A stretch of 64,000 bases of DNA from an uncultured Candidatus Saccharibacteria bacterium (GCA_964577395.1 CAZNYQ010000008.1:57319-121318), one strand, 5' to 3'; positions 8,881 to 19,675 are shown, counted from the first letter of the stretch. Notes: generated from the letters alone by a model not told the origin. Program-made: numbers and translations.

Positions 8881-9834
8881 ATGGCCAACGAAATTAATTT
8901 ACCCCAAAATCCTCAAATTATTCACCAAAAAGATAATATTACTGATATTCAAATTGATGGATGTTACCCCGGTTATGGTATGACTCTTGCTAATGCCCTG
9001 AGGCGTGTTCTTTTATCTTCTCTACCAGGCAGTGCAATTATTGCATTTAAGATCAAAGGAGTAGATCATGAATTTTCTACTATCCCTAATGTCTTAGAAG
9101 ATGTTATTAAGATCAGCCTTAATCTTAAAAAAGTTTGTTTCTCTTCTAAAAAGCTCCTTTCTGATGAACAATTAAAGGCAACTATCAAAGAAAAAGGTGA
9201 AAAAAAGATTACTGCCGCTGACATTAAAACTCCTGCTGGTCTAGAAGTTGCTAACCCAAATTTACATATTGCTACTTTAACTGATAAAAAAGCTAATTTA
9301 GAAATTGAATTATTTATTACAGGAGGTTATGGCTACGAAAGAGCAGAAGATCGCCGACAAGAGAAATTATCTATCGGAACAATTGCTCTTGATGCTATTT
9401 ATTCACCTGTCATAAAAGCAAGCTATGAAATTGAGGATATGAGAATCGGAGAAAGAACTGACTTCAATCGTATTATTTTTCATATAGAAACAGATGGGTC
9501 TTTAGAAGGCAAGGAAGCTTTACAACAAGCAAGCCAAATTTTATCAGATCATTTCGCTCACCTTGCAAAAATTCAAAAGAAGTTTAAAAAAAGTGCTCCA
9601 GCTAAAAAGGAAAAGACAGTTAAGGAAACTAAATCTAAGGAAATGCCTAAAAAAATTAGCGATCTACAATTAGACACTAAAACTATCAATGTTCTAACTA
9701 AAAATGGCATTAAGAGTATTGCTGGATTAACTAACAGGAAACAAGAAAGCTTACGGCAATTTGACGGAATTGGTAAAAAAACTATTTCTGATATCAATAA
9801 AGCTCTTAAGAAATTTAACCTATCTTTAAAATAA
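8881..9834 (+). CDS. rpoA: DNA-directed RNA polymerase subunit alpha
   Basis: GYGMTLANALRRVLLSSLPGSAI N-terminal domain, plus a C-terminal domain. Confidence 0.9.
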   Translation: MANEINLPQNPQIIHQKDNITDIQIDGCYPGYGMTLANALRRVLLSSLPGSAIIAFKIKGVDHEFSTIPNVLEDVIKISLNLKKVCFSSKKLLSDEQLKATIKEKGEKKITAADIKTPAGLEVANPNLHIATLTDKKANLEIELFITGGYGYERAEDRRQEKLSIGTIALDAIYSPVIKASYEIEDMRIGERTDFNRIIFHIETDGSLEGKEALQQASQILSDHFAHLAKIQKKFKKSAPAKKEKTVKETKSKEMPKKISDLQLDTKTINVLTKNGIKSIAGLTNRKQESLRQFDGIGKKTISDINKALKKFNLSLK

Positions 9835-9842
9835 AGTAATTT

Positions 9843-10229
9843 ATGAAGAAAAGAAAAAGAGGAAGAAAATTCGGCCGTCAAAGAGATCAGAGAAAAGCCT
9901 TAAAGAAGACTTTAGCTGTTTCTTTAATTAAGCAAGAAAGAGTTCAAACTACCCTTGCTAAAGCTAAAGAATTAAGACCTTTTGTTGAAAAACTTGTTAC
10001 TAAGGCAAAAAAAGATAACATAAGCACTTATCGCTTATTACAAAAGTATCTTCCTCGAGAAATTTCTAATAAATTAATTAAAGAAATTGCTCCCAAATTT
10101 AAAGAAAGAGCAGGTGGTTATTTAAGAATTATTAGATTACCTGATCGTCAAAGCGATGGAGCAAAATTAGCTATTATAGAATTTGTTTCTCCTCAAAATG
10201 ACAAAAAAGAATCAAAATCCACAACCTAA
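9843..10229 (+). CDS. rplQ: 50S ribosomal protein L17
   Basis: RKFGRQRDQRKALKKTLAVSLIKQERVQTTLAKAKELRPFVEKLVT. Confidence 0.9.
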   Translation: MKKRKRGRKFGRQRDQRKALKKTLAVSLIKQERVQTTLAKAKELRPFVEKLVTKAKKDNISTYRLLQKYLPREISNKLIKEIAPKFKERAGGYLRIIRLPDRQSDGAKLAIIEFVSPQNDKKESKSTT

Positions 10230-10572
10230 TATTATTGAAATAGACGTTGCTGAAAAAAGTTTAGGAAGAATAGCAAGTCAGATTGCCTCTTTATTAATGG
10301 ATAAAAATAATCCTAATTTCGCACCCTATAAAATAGGTAATAATATTGTTAAAATTATGAACGCTGATAAAGTAAAATTAACCGGCAATAAATTGCAAAA
10401 CAAAAAATATTACCGTCATTCTGGCTACCCTGGATCGTTAAAAGAAATACCATTAAAAAAACTTTTTGAAAAAAATCCTCAAGATGTACTTCGCCAAGCT
10501 ATTTATGGTATGCTACCAAAAAATAAACTGCGTGATCAACGCATTAAAAAAGTTCAATTTATAAATAAATAA
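10198..10572 (+). CDS. rplM: 50S ribosomal protein L13
   Basis: YYRHSGYPGSLKE. ATG at 10198 overlaps the rplQ end. The track ORF starts at an upstream TTG. Confidence 0.85.
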   Translation: MTKKNQNPQPNIIEIDVAEKSLGRIASQIASLLMDKNNPNFAPYKIGNNIVKIMNADKVKLTGNKLQNKKYYRHSGYPGSLKEIPLKKLFEKNPQDVLRQAIYGMLPKNKLRDQRIKKVQFINK

Positions 10573-10586
10573 TCTATCTTAAACTC

Positions 10587-11027
10587 ATGATTGCTATTCC
10601 TAAAACTATTACCAAGAAAAGATTCTATCAGGCCGTTGGTCGTCGTAAGGAATCAACAGCTCAAGTGAGACTATGGACAACAAAGCCTGAACAATCAACT
10701 CAAAAAGGCTATTTTTTTGTTAACGGTAAAACTTTAAAAGAATATTTTAAAAATGATCTCCGATTAGTAAAAATTGCTGAGTCTCCTCTTCAAAAGGTTA
10801 ATTCTGAAGAAAAATTTCTTGTTTCTGTAAAAGTAGAAGGTGGCGGTACCACGGGTCAAGCTGAAGCTATCCGACATGGTTTATCTAGAAGTTTAGTAGA
10901 ATTCTTTCCTAATTTTAGAAAAAAACTTAAGAAAGCTGGTTACCTAACAAGAGATGCTCGCGCCAAAGAAAGAAAGAAATATGGCTTAAAAAAAGCTCGT
11001 CGTGCACCTCAGTGGCAAAAACGTTAA
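10587..11027 (+). CDS. rpsI: 30S ribosomal protein S9
   Basis: C-terminal GYLTRDARAKERKKYGLKKARRAPQWQKR. Confidence 0.9.
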   Translation: MIAIPKTITKKRFYQAVGRRKESTAQVRLWTTKPEQSTQKGYFFVNGKTLKEYFKNDLRLVKIAESPLQKVNSEEKFLVSVKVEGGGTTGQAEAIRHGLSRSLVEFFPNFRKKLKKAGYLTRDARAKERKKYGLKKARRAPQWQKR

Positions 11028-11046
11028 AAATTTCATTCAATATTTT

Positions 11047-12312
11047 ATGAGCCAATTTGTTATTCAAGGTCAACAAAAACTCCACGGAGAAATTAGTGTT
11101 GCTGGTGCTAAAAATGCTGCCTTAAAAATCATTCCGGCAGCCATTTTTTCGTCCAGCCCCTTGAGAGTAACAAATGTTCCTGACATTGAAGACGTTAATA
11201 AAGCTCTAAAATTAATTCAGTCTTTAGGAGCTTCCGTTACAAGGAATGAAACAGAGGTTGTAATCGATGCTTCTAATGTGAATAAAAATAGTTTAGTTAA
11301 TGATTTAGCAGGTAAATTTAGAGCTTCTGTTATGTTCGTTGGTCCTTTGCTAACGCGTTTTTCAGAAGTTAGTTTCCCAATGCCTGGAGGCTGTGTCTTG
11401 TCTAGTGGCGCTAAAAGACCGATTGATCTTTTTTTAGAAGGATTTCAAAAATTAGGTGCTACCGTAAAACAAGAAAAGGATGTTTATAAAATAACAGCGA
11501 AAAAATTAAAAGGATGTGAGTACTTTTTTACAAAAATAAGTGTCACAGGTACAGAAAGCTTAATGATGACAGCTGTTTTTGCTGAAGGAAAAACAATTTT
11601 AAAAAATTGTGCCTGCGAACCTGAAATCCCCGCTTTAGCAAATTATCTTAATCAGCAAGGTGCAAATATTCAAGGAGCTGGTACTCCTACAATACTTATA
11701 GAAGGAGTAAAAAAAATTTCTGGCGGAACATATAATATTATCCCAGACAGAATTGAAACAGGTACCTTTGCTATTATGGCAGCTGCTACAAATTCTAAAG
11801 TAATGATTAAAAATTGCCAGCCCGACCATATTGCTGTTTTGCTAAATATATTTAATAAAATTGGTATTCCCTTTAGAAAAGGTCAAGATTGGCTTGAGAT
11901 AGAGAAATGTCAAAGTATTCAACCTTATGATGTTAAAACACATGAATACCCCGGTTTTCCAACCGATTTGCAAGCACCGTATGTTGCTCTTATGACTCAG
12001 GCTAATGGCTCCTCACTGGTTCATGAAACAATTTATGATAGACGCTTACTTTACGTTGATATGTTAATGCAGATGGGAGGAGATATTATTATGTGTGATC
12101 CGCACAGAATTGTTGTCAACGGCCCTACTAAACTCAAAGGTAAAAAATTAACTAGTCCAGATCTTAGGGCAGGCACGGCAATGATTATCGCTGCTTTGAT
12201 AGCACACGGAGAAACAGTCATTGATAATATTTATCAAATAGATAGAGGTTATCAAAGAATAGAAAAAAGATTACGAGCATTAGGAGCTAATATTGTAAGA
12301 AAAGATGGTTAA
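11047..12312 (+). CDS. murA: UDP-N-acetylglucosamine 1-carboxyvinyltransferase
   Basis: FVIQGQQKLHGEISVAGAKNAALKIIPAAIF. ATG at 11047 (MSQFV). The track extends to a GTG at 11002. Confidence 0.9.
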   Translation: MSQFVIQGQQKLHGEISVAGAKNAALKIIPAAIFSSSPLRVTNVPDIEDVNKALKLIQSLGASVTRNETEVVIDASNVNKNSLVNDLAGKFRASVMFVGPLLTRFSEVSFPMPGGCVLSSGAKRPIDLFLEGFQKLGATVKQEKDVYKITAKKLKGCEYFFTKISVTGTESLMMTAVFAEGKTILKNCACEPEIPALANYLNQQGANIQGAGTPTILIEGVKKISGGTYNIIPDRIETGTFAIMAAATNSKVMIKNCQPDHIAVLLNIFNKIGIPFRKGQDWLEIEKCQSIQPYDVKTHEYPGFPTDLQAPYVALMTQANGSSLVHETIYDRRLLYVDMLMQMGGDIIMCDPHRIVVNGPTKLKGKKLTSPDLRAGTAMIIAALIAHGETVIDNIYQIDRGYQRIEKRLRALGANIVRKDG

Positions 12313-12340
12313 GAATATTTAATTCTAAGCAGTTATTAAC

Positions 12341-13351
12341 GTGTTTGTTAAAAAAATTGGTATAGATTTAGGCACAGTTAACACATTGGTTTATGTCCCC
12401 AAAAAAGGAATTGTTATTAATGAACCTTCCTTAGTTATTTTTAACCAAGCCACTAAAGATCCCCTTGCCATAGGACAAGAAGCTCAAGAAATGATCGGCA
12501 GAACACCTCAGGAAATTCAAGCTCATTTTCCCTTAAAAGATGGTGTTATCGCTGATTATAAGGTAACAGAAATAATGTTAAATTACTTCATTAATAAAGC
12601 CATTGGTAATTTTCAAGTTTTTAAACCTGAAATCATTATCTCTGTTCCCGCTGGTATTAGTTCAAGTGAAAGAAGAGCTGTTATCGAAGCTACTCTGAGA
12701 ATAGGGGCAAAAAATGTTTATCTAATCAAAGAACCAATTTTGGCTGCTATTGGCGCTGGGTTGCCTATTAGAAGACCAGCTGGCCATATGATTATTGACA
12801 TTGGGGGAGGAACAACTGAAATTGCTGTTATATCTTTAAGTTCTATTGTAACATTTGCATCAATTAAAATAGGTGGGCTAAAAATGAATCAAACAATCAT
12901 TAATTACATTCGCAAGAAATATAATCTTGAAATTGGTCCTCAAGCAGCGGAAGAATTAAAGCTTCGACTTAATTCATCTTCTAAATCTGAAAGGGAAACT
13001 CTTAAAATTAAAGGCCAAGATTTAATTGAAGGATTGCCAAGTATACTTGAAATTCCTAAAAAAGAAATTATTCATTGTCTTAAAGATCTTTTGTATGAAA
13101 TTGCGCAAGCAGCTAAACGTGTTTTGCAAGAAACGCCCCCTGAATTATCGTCTGATATTTTTGAAGAAGGTATTACTTTAACAGGTGGAGGATCTCTAGT
13201 CGTAGGTCTCCCAAATAGTATCTATCAAATAACCGGCATTAAATCACAAATAGCAGAGAAACCTCTTTTTTGTGTCATCCAAGGAATAGGATACGCTCTT
13301 AATAATCTTGCTTTTTATAAAAAATCACTTCTATCTAAAAAACCTTCCTAA
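12341..13351 (+). CDS. mreB: Rod shape-determining protein MreB
   Basis: IGIDLGTVNTLVY ... DIGGGTTEIAV actin-fold motifs. GTG start. Confidence 0.85.
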   Translation: MFVKKIGIDLGTVNTLVYVPKKGIVINEPSLVIFNQATKDPLAIGQEAQEMIGRTPQEIQAHFPLKDGVIADYKVTEIMLNYFINKAIGNFQVFKPEIIISVPAGISSSERRAVIEATLRIGAKNVYLIKEPILAAIGAGLPIRRPAGHMIIDIGGGTTEIAVISLSSIVTFASIKIGGLKMNQTIINYIRKKYNLEIGPQAAEELKLRLNSSSKSERETLKIKGQDLIEGLPSILEIPKKEIIHCLKDLLYEIAQAAKRVLQETPPELSSDIFEEGITLTGGGSLVVGLPNSIYQITGIKSQIAEKPLFCVIQGIGYALNNLAFYKKSLLSKKPS

Positions 13352-13373
13352 CGTTAACAGAAAGACTAGACTG

Positions 13374-13401
13374 TTGACTATCCTTATTCGTATGCTATAA
13401 T
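13374..13401 (+). promoter_or_regulatory. Sigma70-like promoter (TTGACT-16-TATAAT) upstream of rpsL
   Basis: ttgact at 13374-13379 and tataat at 13396-13401, 22 nt upstream of the rpsL ATG. Confidence 0.6.
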
Positions 13402-13422
13402 AAATTTTTCAAATATTACATT

Positions 13423-13836
13423 ATGCCTACATTTAACCAACTCGTCAAAAACCCTCGTAAAAAATCAAAGAAAAAACAAAGCACACCCGCTTTAAAAAAA
13501 TCTTTTAATGTTTTGCAAAATAAACCACGTTATTATAATTCACCTTTTAAAAGAGGAGTAGTAACTAAAGTCTCAACCGTAACGCCTAAAAAGCCTAATT
13601 CTGCTCTACGAAAAATCGCTCGTGTTAGACTAACTAATAATGCTGAAGTCACTGCTTATATCCCGGGTGAAGGACATAATATTCAAGAACATTCAGTTGT
13701 TTTAATTAGAGGTGGTCGTGTTAAGGATTTACCAGGAGTTAGATACCATGTTATTAGAGGAACCCTTGATACCGAAGGCGTAGAAGGCCGTAAAAGACAA
13801 CGCAGCAAATATGGCACTAAAAAACCAGAAAAATAA
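13423..13836 (+). CDS. rpsL: 30S ribosomal protein S12
   Basis: [13 protein letters not shown] ... [10 protein letters not shown]. Confidence 0.95.
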   Translation: MPTFNQLVKNPRKKSKKKQSTPALKKSFNVLQNKPRYYNSPFKRGVVTKVSTVTPKKPNSALRKIARVRLTNNAEVTAYIPGEGHNIQEHSVVLIRGGRVKDLPGVRYHVIRGTLDTEGVEGRKRQRSKYGTKKPEK

Positions 13837-13853
13837 ATTAAAATATTCAATTT

Positions 13854-14321
13854 ATGAGAAAAAAGAAAAAAATTAATAGAAAAATCACTCCAGATCCTGT
13901 TTATAATGATGAGAAAATTGCTAAATTCATTTGTCACTTAATGAATTCAGGTAAAAAAAATACAGCTCGTCGCGTTCTGTATGATTGCTTTGAAAACATA
14001 AAAAAGCAAACAAAAAAAGATCCCCAACAAATTTTTGAACAAGCTCTTGATAAAATTTCGCCACGCGTAGAAGTTATATCACGACGTATTGGGGGCGCTC
14101 ATTACCAAATTCCTAAAGAAGTAAGTGGTGACCGTCAGCTTACCTTAGCAATGAAATGGTTAATTAAGGCTGCGTCTAGCTCTAAAGGAAAGCCTATGGC
14201 AGAAAAACTGGCCGATGAATTAATAGCAGCTGTTAAAAATGAAGGTAATGCTATTAAAAAGAAAAAGGAGATTGAAAAAATTGCCGAAGCTAATCGTGCT
14301 TTTGCACACTTCGCTTGGTAA
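13854..14321 (+). CDS. rpsG: 30S ribosomal protein S7
   Basis: S7 family pattern, following rpsL. Confidence 0.9.
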   Translation: MRKKKKINRKITPDPVYNDEKIAKFICHLMNSGKKNTARRVLYDCFENIKKQTKKDPQQIFEQALDKISPRVEVISRRIGGAHYQIPKEVSGDRQLTLAMKWLIKAASSSKGKPMAEKLADELIAAVKNEGNAIKKKKEIEKIAEANRAFAHFAW

Positions 14322-14352
14322 ACTATAACTATATATAAACATATAAGAAATA

Positions 14353-16455
14353 ATGCCTAGACAATATCCGATGAAAAAAACCCGTAATATTGGGATTATC
14401 GCTCATATAGATGCCGGAAAGACAACTGTAACCGAGCGTATTCTTTTTTATACAGGAATTTCTCATAAAATAGGAGAAGTTCATGAAGGCAAAGCGATTA
14501 TGGACTGGATGGAACAAGAAAAAGAAAGAGGAATCACAATTACATCAGCTGCAACAACTTGTTTTTGGACTCCTTCTTATTTAGAAAAACAACAAGAAAA
14601 TGAGTATCGTATTAATATTATAGATACACCTGGTCACGTTGATTTTACCGCTGAAGTGGAAAGATCTTTAAGGGTTCTAGACGGTGGAGTTGTTGTTTTT
14701 GACGGTGTTGCCGGCGTAGAGGCTCAGTCAGAAACAGTTTGGCATCAAGCTGATAGATATAAAGTTCCCCGTATTTGCTATATTAACAAACTTGATAGAA
14801 TGGGCGCTAATTTTGAGCAAAGTTTTGATTCTATCTTAGATCGTCTAACTCCTAATGCAATTCAAATGCAAATACCAATAGGTCTTGAGCAGAATCATGA
14901 AGGTGTCATCGACCTTGTAACTCAAAAAGCTTACTATTTTGAAGGTAAACTAGGTGAAAATTTAACTCATAACGATATTCCCGCAGATTACCAAGAACAA
15001 ATTAAAAAAAAGCGTCATAACTTAATAGAAAAAATTGTTGAGACTGATGATAGTTTAATGGAAAAATACTTAGAAGGTAATGAACCGACCATCTCAGAAA
15101 TTAAAAAAGCTTTAAGAAAAGCAACTATTGCGAATCAATTAGTTCCAGTATTTTGCGGTTCCGCCTTAAAAAACAAAGGAGTTCAATTGGTTCTAGACGC
15201 TATTTGCGATTATTTACCTAGTCCTGATGAAATGCCTCCCGTTGAAGGTATTGACCCTAAAACAGAAAAGCCTGAACATCGTGAAAATTCTGAAGCTAAA
15301 CCGTTTGCTGCATTATCTTTTAAGGTAGCGTCCGATCCTTACGTTGGTCAATTAACGTATTTCAGAGTTTATTCAGGCATTCTCCAAAAAGGAAGCTATG
15401 TATTAAACAGCCGAACAAATAAAAAAGAGCGCATTGGTCGTATCTTACGCATGCATTCAAATAAAAGAGAAGAGGTAGAAGAAATTTATGCAGGTGATAT
15501 TGGTGCTGCCGTAGGACTCGTTAACACAACAACGGGCGATACATTATGCGACGAGAAAAGTCCGATTATTCTAGAAGCAATCGATTTTCCTGACCCAGTT
15601 ATTGATATTAGAATTGAACCTAAAACAAAAAGTGATCAAGAAAAAATGGGTATTGCTTTAAGAAAGCTTATGCAAGAAGATCCTAGTTTCAAAGTAAAAA
15701 CTGATGAAGAAACAGGCGAGACAATTATATCAGGAATGGGAGAACTTCATCTAGAAATTATTGTTGATCGTCTTTTTAGAGAATTTAAAGTAGAGGCAAG
15801 TGTTGGTAAGCCTCAGGTGGCTTACAAAGAAAGTATTGATCAAGAAGCTAATGCAGAAGCTAAGTATGTTCGCCAAACAGGCGGCAGAGGTCAATATGGA
15901 CATGTTATCTTAAAGATTGAACCTCGTGAAAGAGGCGAGGGATTTGAATTCGTTAATCAAATTAAGGGTGGCGTTATTCCTCAAGAATTCATTCCAGCGG
16001 TTGAAAAAGGTATCAAAGAAGCAATGGACAAAGGTGTCTTAGCAGGTTATCCTATTGTTGATGTAAGAGCCACTCTACAAGATGGATCTTTCCATGAAGT
16101 AGATTCTTCTGAAGTAGCTTTTAAAATTGCTGCTTCTATAGCATTTCAGGATGCTGCTAAAAAAGCCCGGCTTGTTCTCCTTGAGCCCGTTATGAAAGTT
16201 GAAGTATTAACACCAGCTAACTTTTTAGGTGATGTAACAGGTGATCTAAATTCCCGTCGCGCTAAGATTAAAGAAATGACAGAGAAATCAAATAGAAAAA
16301 TTATTCAAGCAGAAGTTCCTTTAGCAGAAATGTTTGGATACGCAACAAGTCTACGCTCTTTAACAGAAGGCCGAGCAGTTTATACGATGGAGTTCGGTCA
16401 TTATGGAGTAGTTCCTAATAATATTACGCAAGAAATTATAGAACAAAAAAATTAA
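14353..16455 (+). CDS. fusA: Elongation factor G
   Basis: [22 protein letters not shown] and a full five-domain length (700 aa). Confidence 0.95.
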   Translation: MPRQYPMKKTRNIGIIAHIDAGKTTVTERILFYTGISHKIGEVHEGKAIMDWMEQEKERGITITSAATTCFWTPSYLEKQQENEYRINIIDTPGHVDFTAEVERSLRVLDGGVVVFDGVAGVEAQSETVWHQADRYKVPRICYINKLDRMGANFEQSFDSILDRLTPNAIQMQIPIGLEQNHEGVIDLVTQKAYYFEGKLGENLTHNDIPADYQEQIKKKRHNLIEKIVETDDSLMEKYLEGNEPTISEIKKALRKATIANQLVPVFCGSALKNKGVQLVLDAICDYLPSPDEMPPVEGIDPKTEKPEHRENSEAKPFAALSFKVASDPYVGQLTYFRVYSGILQKGSYVLNSRTNKKERIGRILRMHSNKREEVEEIYAGDIGAAVGLVNTTTGDTLCDEKSPIILEAIDFPDPVIDIRIEPKTKSDQEKMGIALRKLMQEDPSFKVKTDEETGETIISGMGELHLEIIVDRLFREFKVEASVGKPQVAYKESIDQEANAEAKYVRQTGGRGQYGHVILKIEPRERGEGFEFVNQIKGGVIPQEFIPAVEKGIKEAMDKGVLAGYPIVDVRATLQDGSFHEVDSSEVAFKIAASIAFQDAAKKARLVLLEPVMKVEVLTPANFLGDVTGDLNSRRAKIKEMTEKSNRKIIQAEVPLAEMFGYATSLRSLTEGRAVYTMEFGHYGVVPNNITQEIIEQKN

Positions 16456-16477
16456 AATATCTTAAAGTAAAGGTCTA

Positions 16478-16506
16478 TTGACATTCTATGTTAAATACCT
16501 TAAAAT
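16478..16506 (+). promoter_or_regulatory. Sigma70-like promoter (TTGACA-17-TAAAAT) upstream of tuf
   Basis: ttgaca at 16478-16483 and taaaat at 16501-16506. It lies inside the spurious upstream extension of the track ORF. Confidence 0.55.
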
Positions 16507-16610
16507 AGGATTATTGAATTTAAATTTGTATGTTAGTCTGGAGGTCTAGTTTTGGTTCTTTCTTTAATCTAATAATTAAAGGAAAAACAAAGCTCCTTCT
16601 AAATTTAATT

Positions 16611-17807
16611 ATGGCTGAAAAATTTGAACGTAATAAACCCCATGTCAATGTTGGAACAATTGGCCATGTTGACCATGGAAAAACTACCTTAACAGCTGCA
16701 ATACTTAAGGTTTTAGATCTGAAAGGACATAAAACATCTCATAAAAATGTTGATGAGATTGATTCAGCTCCCGAAGAAAAATCTCGTGGAGTTACTATCA
16801 ACTTAGCTCATGTTGAATACGAAACAGAGAAACGTCATTATGCTCACATTGATGCACCTGGCCATGCTGATTATATTAAGAATATGATTACAGGAGCCGC
16901 TCAAATGGATGGCGCTATTTTAGTAGTTTCTGCAGCTGATGGTCCTATGCCTCAAACAAGAGAGCATATTCTTTTAGCGCGTCAAGTAGGTGTACCATCA
17001 ATTATTGTTTTCCTTAATAAAACTGATCAAGTTGACGATCCAGAGTTGGTTGATCTTGTTGAAACAGAGGTTAGAGAACTTCTCAATAAATATGAATTTG
17101 ATGGTGATAAAGTACCAGTCATTCGAGGTTCCGCCTTAAAGACCTTAGAAGAAGCTAAGGGAGCAGATGATGAAGTAGCTAAGCCAATTTTAGATCTAGT
17201 GAAAGCTCTCGATGAAAATATTCCTAGTCCTGAGAGAGAAATTGATAAACCTTTCTTAATGCCTATTGAAGATCTTTTTTCTATTGAAGGAAGAGGTCTA
17301 GTTGTGACGGGCCGTATTGAAAGAGGCAAGATTAAGCTCAGCGATGAAATAGAAATTGTTGGCCTTAGAGATACTCAAAAAACAGTCATTACAGGCATTG
17401 AGATGTTTAATAAAAGTCTTGATGAAGGACAAGCTGGCGATAACGCCGGTATTTTATTAAGAGGTGTTAAAAAGACTGACGTTGAAAGAGGACAAGTCCT
17501 AGCTGCTCCAGGGACAATTACTCCTCATACTGAATTTGAAACTGAAATTTACGTCTTAAGTAAAGAAGAAGGTGGACGTCATACACCTTTCACAGCTGGA
17601 TACAAACCACAATTTTATATCAGAACAGCTGATGTAACTGGAGAAATTACCTTGCCCGAAGGAACAGAGATGGTTATGCCAGGCGATACTATTACCCTTA
17701 AGGTAAAACTTCAAAAACCAGTTGCTCTTGAAGAAAAGCAAAGATTTGCCTTACGTGAAGGTGGTCATACTGTTGGTGCTGGTGTTGTTTCAAAAATTAT
17801 TAAATAA
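16611..17807 (+). CDS. tuf: Elongation factor Tu
   Basis: [30 protein letters not shown] at 16611. The track ORF begins 81 nt upstream at a non-native start. Confidence 0.95.
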   Translation: MAEKFERNKPHVNVGTIGHVDHGKTTLTAAILKVLDLKGHKTSHKNVDEIDSAPEEKSRGVTINLAHVEYETEKRHYAHIDAPGHADYIKNMITGAAQMDGAILVVSAADGPMPQTREHILLARQVGVPSIIVFLNKTDQVDDPELVDLVETEVRELLNKYEFDGDKVPVIRGSALKTLEEAKGADDEVAKPILDLVKALDENIPSPEREIDKPFLMPIEDLFSIEGRGLVVTGRIERGKIKLSDEIEIVGLRDTQKTVITGIEMFNKSLDEGQAGDNAGILLRGVKKTDVERGQVLAAPGTITPHTEFETEIYVLSKEEGGRHTPFTAGYKPQFYIRTADVTGEITLPEGTEMVMPGDTITLKVKLQKPVALEEKQRFALREGGHTVGAGVVSKIIK

Positions 17808-17838
17808 TATGTAACTAGCACCGATGTATTTATAAAGT

Positions 17839-18276
17839 ATGGCTAAAACTACTAAATCAACCTCAAAAAAAAATACTTCAAAAACTTCTAAAAAAGCAAA
17901 GAAAGTTAAGAAAGTTTCTCCTAAGAAAACGTCAACTAAGAGAAAGAGCGCATCTCAGAAAAAAGAAGAAGAATTACAGAGAATTCGAATTAAGATCCGT
18001 GCTTATGATCATAGACTAATTGATGAAAGCGCTCGTAAAATTATTGATAATACTATTCGACAAGGCGTTAAGTTTTTAGGACCTGTTCCGCTCCCAACAG
18101 AAAAAAGAAAATGGACAGTCAATCGATCAACTTTTGTTCATAAAGATGCCCGTGATCAGTATGAAATGAGAATTTATAAAAGGATTATTGATATTATTAA
18201 TCCAGGATCTAAGTTGATCGACTCTCTATCAAGACTTGATTTACCTGCAGGAGTAGATATTGAAATAAAATATTAA
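17839..18276 (+). CDS. rpsJ: 30S ribosomal protein S10 with about 45-aa Lys-rich N-terminal extension
   Basis: S10 core QRIRIKIRAYDHRLIDESARKII...GPVPLPT, preceded by KTTKSTSKKNTSKTSKKAKKVKK... Confidence 0.9.
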   Translation: MAKTTKSTSKKNTSKTSKKAKKVKKVSPKKTSTKRKSASQKKEEELQRIRIKIRAYDHRLIDESARKIIDNTIRQGVKFLGPVPLPTEKRKWTVNRSTFVHKDARDQYEMRIYKRIIDIINPGSKLIDSLSRLDLPAGVDIEIKY

Positions 18277-18376
18277 AATATTTATTCTTTATGACAACCT
18301 TCAGTTTGTCACTTTACTTAAGGTTTACATTTAGTTTCGTATAGCATTTAACCGTTAAATAAGGCTTTGCCTTGGA

Positions 18377-18398
18377 CCCGGTTAAGACCGGGTTTTTT
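18377..18398 (+). terminator. GC-stem hairpin plus U-run between rpsJ and rplC (terminator/attenuator candidate)
   Basis: cccggt-taag-accggg followed by tttttt. Confidence 0.5.
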
Positions 18399-18452
18399 GG
18401 TAAAAAACATATGGTTGATAAAGAAAATGTTAAAAAAACAAAAATATATTTT

Positions 18453-19013
18453 ATGTTAGGGCTTAAAGATAAGAGTGCCCAAATTTTTGACCAGGCTGGC
18501 GCAATTGTTCCAGTAACTTTAATTAAAGTTAAGCCTTGTCAAATAACTCAAGTCAAGACATTAAAAAAAGACGGTTATTCTGCTGTTCAAATAGGTTTAG
18601 TAAGGAATAACAAAAATGACATGTGGCTAAAAGAAAAACGCTTACAAAACACTGATGACATTAAAGTAGGACAAAAAATTAATATGGCAGATATTTTTAA
18701 GCCTGGTGATAAAATAGATATAACAGGCATCTCAAAAGCAAAAGGTTTTCAAGGTACAGTTAAGCGTTATAACTTTAGAGGAGCGTCTGCTACTCATGGG
18801 ACAAGACATGCTCACAGACAACCAGGTTCCATTGGTTCCACAGGTCCAGCTCGTGTTTTCAAGGGCACTAAAATGTCAGGTCGTATGGGAGGAGATACAA
18901 TAACTGTTAAAAATTTGACTATTGCGGCCATAGATCCAGAAAAAAACATTTTAGCTGTTAAGGGAGCTGTCCCAGGTAATCGTAAAGATTTACTCCAAAT
19001 TAATAAAGCTTAA
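18453..19013 (+). CDS. rplC: 50S ribosomal protein L3
   Basis: MLGLKDKSAQIFDQAGAIVPVTLIKV matches the L3 N-terminus. The ATG is at 18453. The track ORF begins upstream, overlapping the hairpin. Confidence 0.9.
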   Translation: MLGLKDKSAQIFDQAGAIVPVTLIKVKPCQITQVKTLKKDGYSAVQIGLVRNNKNDMWLKEKRLQNTDDIKVGQKINMADIFKPGDKIDITGISKAKGFQGTVKRYNFRGASATHGTRHAHRQPGSIGSTGPARVFKGTKMSGRMGGDTITVKNLTIAAIDPEKNILAVKGAVPGNRKDLLQINKA

Positions 19014-19015
19014 TC

Positions 19016-19660
19016 ATGAAAATTCCTATTTACAATAAAACAGGTAAGGCAACGCAAGAATTAGAATTTCCTAAAATAATGGAAAAAATCGGTTTTTCTC
19101 ATGATCTAATTCATCAGGTAATAACAGTTCAGCAGAAAAACCAACGTCATGTTTGGGCTCATACCAAAGATCGTTCTGAGGTTAGAGGAGGCGGCAAAAA
19201 ACCTTGGCGTCAAAAAGGAACTGGTAGAGCACGTCACGGATCTATTCGATCTCCTATTTGGAAAGGTGGCGGTGTTACTTTCGGTCCTCGTAAGGAACGT
19301 CAACTCAAAAAAAGAGTTAATCATAAAATGAAAATTAAGGCTTTCCAAATGGTTCTAGCTGAAAAAATACACCAAAAAGTATTTTTCATAATACAAGACT
19401 TAGATGAAAAAAATATTAAGACAAAAATATTATTAAGTATTTTTAATAAACTTCCTAATTGGCAGGCTAAAGATAGCTGTTTATTAGTCTATCAAAAGGA
19501 ACAAAAAAATATTCAATTAGCAGCTCGTAATTTAAAAAATGTAAGTTTAGTAACAGCTCAAAATCTCAATACAGCTAATATGATGAACGTTAAAAATATT
19601 GTGGCTACCCAAAAAGCTGTCCAAGAGATTCTCAGAAGGCTTCAAAAGCCATCATCTTAG
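19016..19660 (+). CDS. rplD: 50S ribosomal protein L4
   Basis: L4 family, in operon position. Confidence 0.9.
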   Translation: MKIPIYNKTGKATQELEFPKIMEKIGFSHDLIHQVITVQQKNQRHVWAHTKDRSEVRGGGKKPWRQKGTGRARHGSIRSPIWKGGGVTFGPRKERQLKKRVNHKMKIKAFQMVLAEKIHQKVFFIIQDLDEKNIKTKILLSIFNKLPNWQAKDSCLLVYQKEQKNIQLAARNLKNVSLVTAQNLNTANMMNVKNIVATQKAVQEILRRLQKPSS

Positions 19661-19675
19661 CGTTAATATAATATT

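Noticed and set aside
16530-16610. Upstream 27-codon extension of the tuf ORF in the six-frame track
   Set aside because: EF-Tu clearly begins at [11 protein letters not shown] (ATG 16611). The extension has no homology and contains the tuf promoter (TTGACA-17-TAAAAT).
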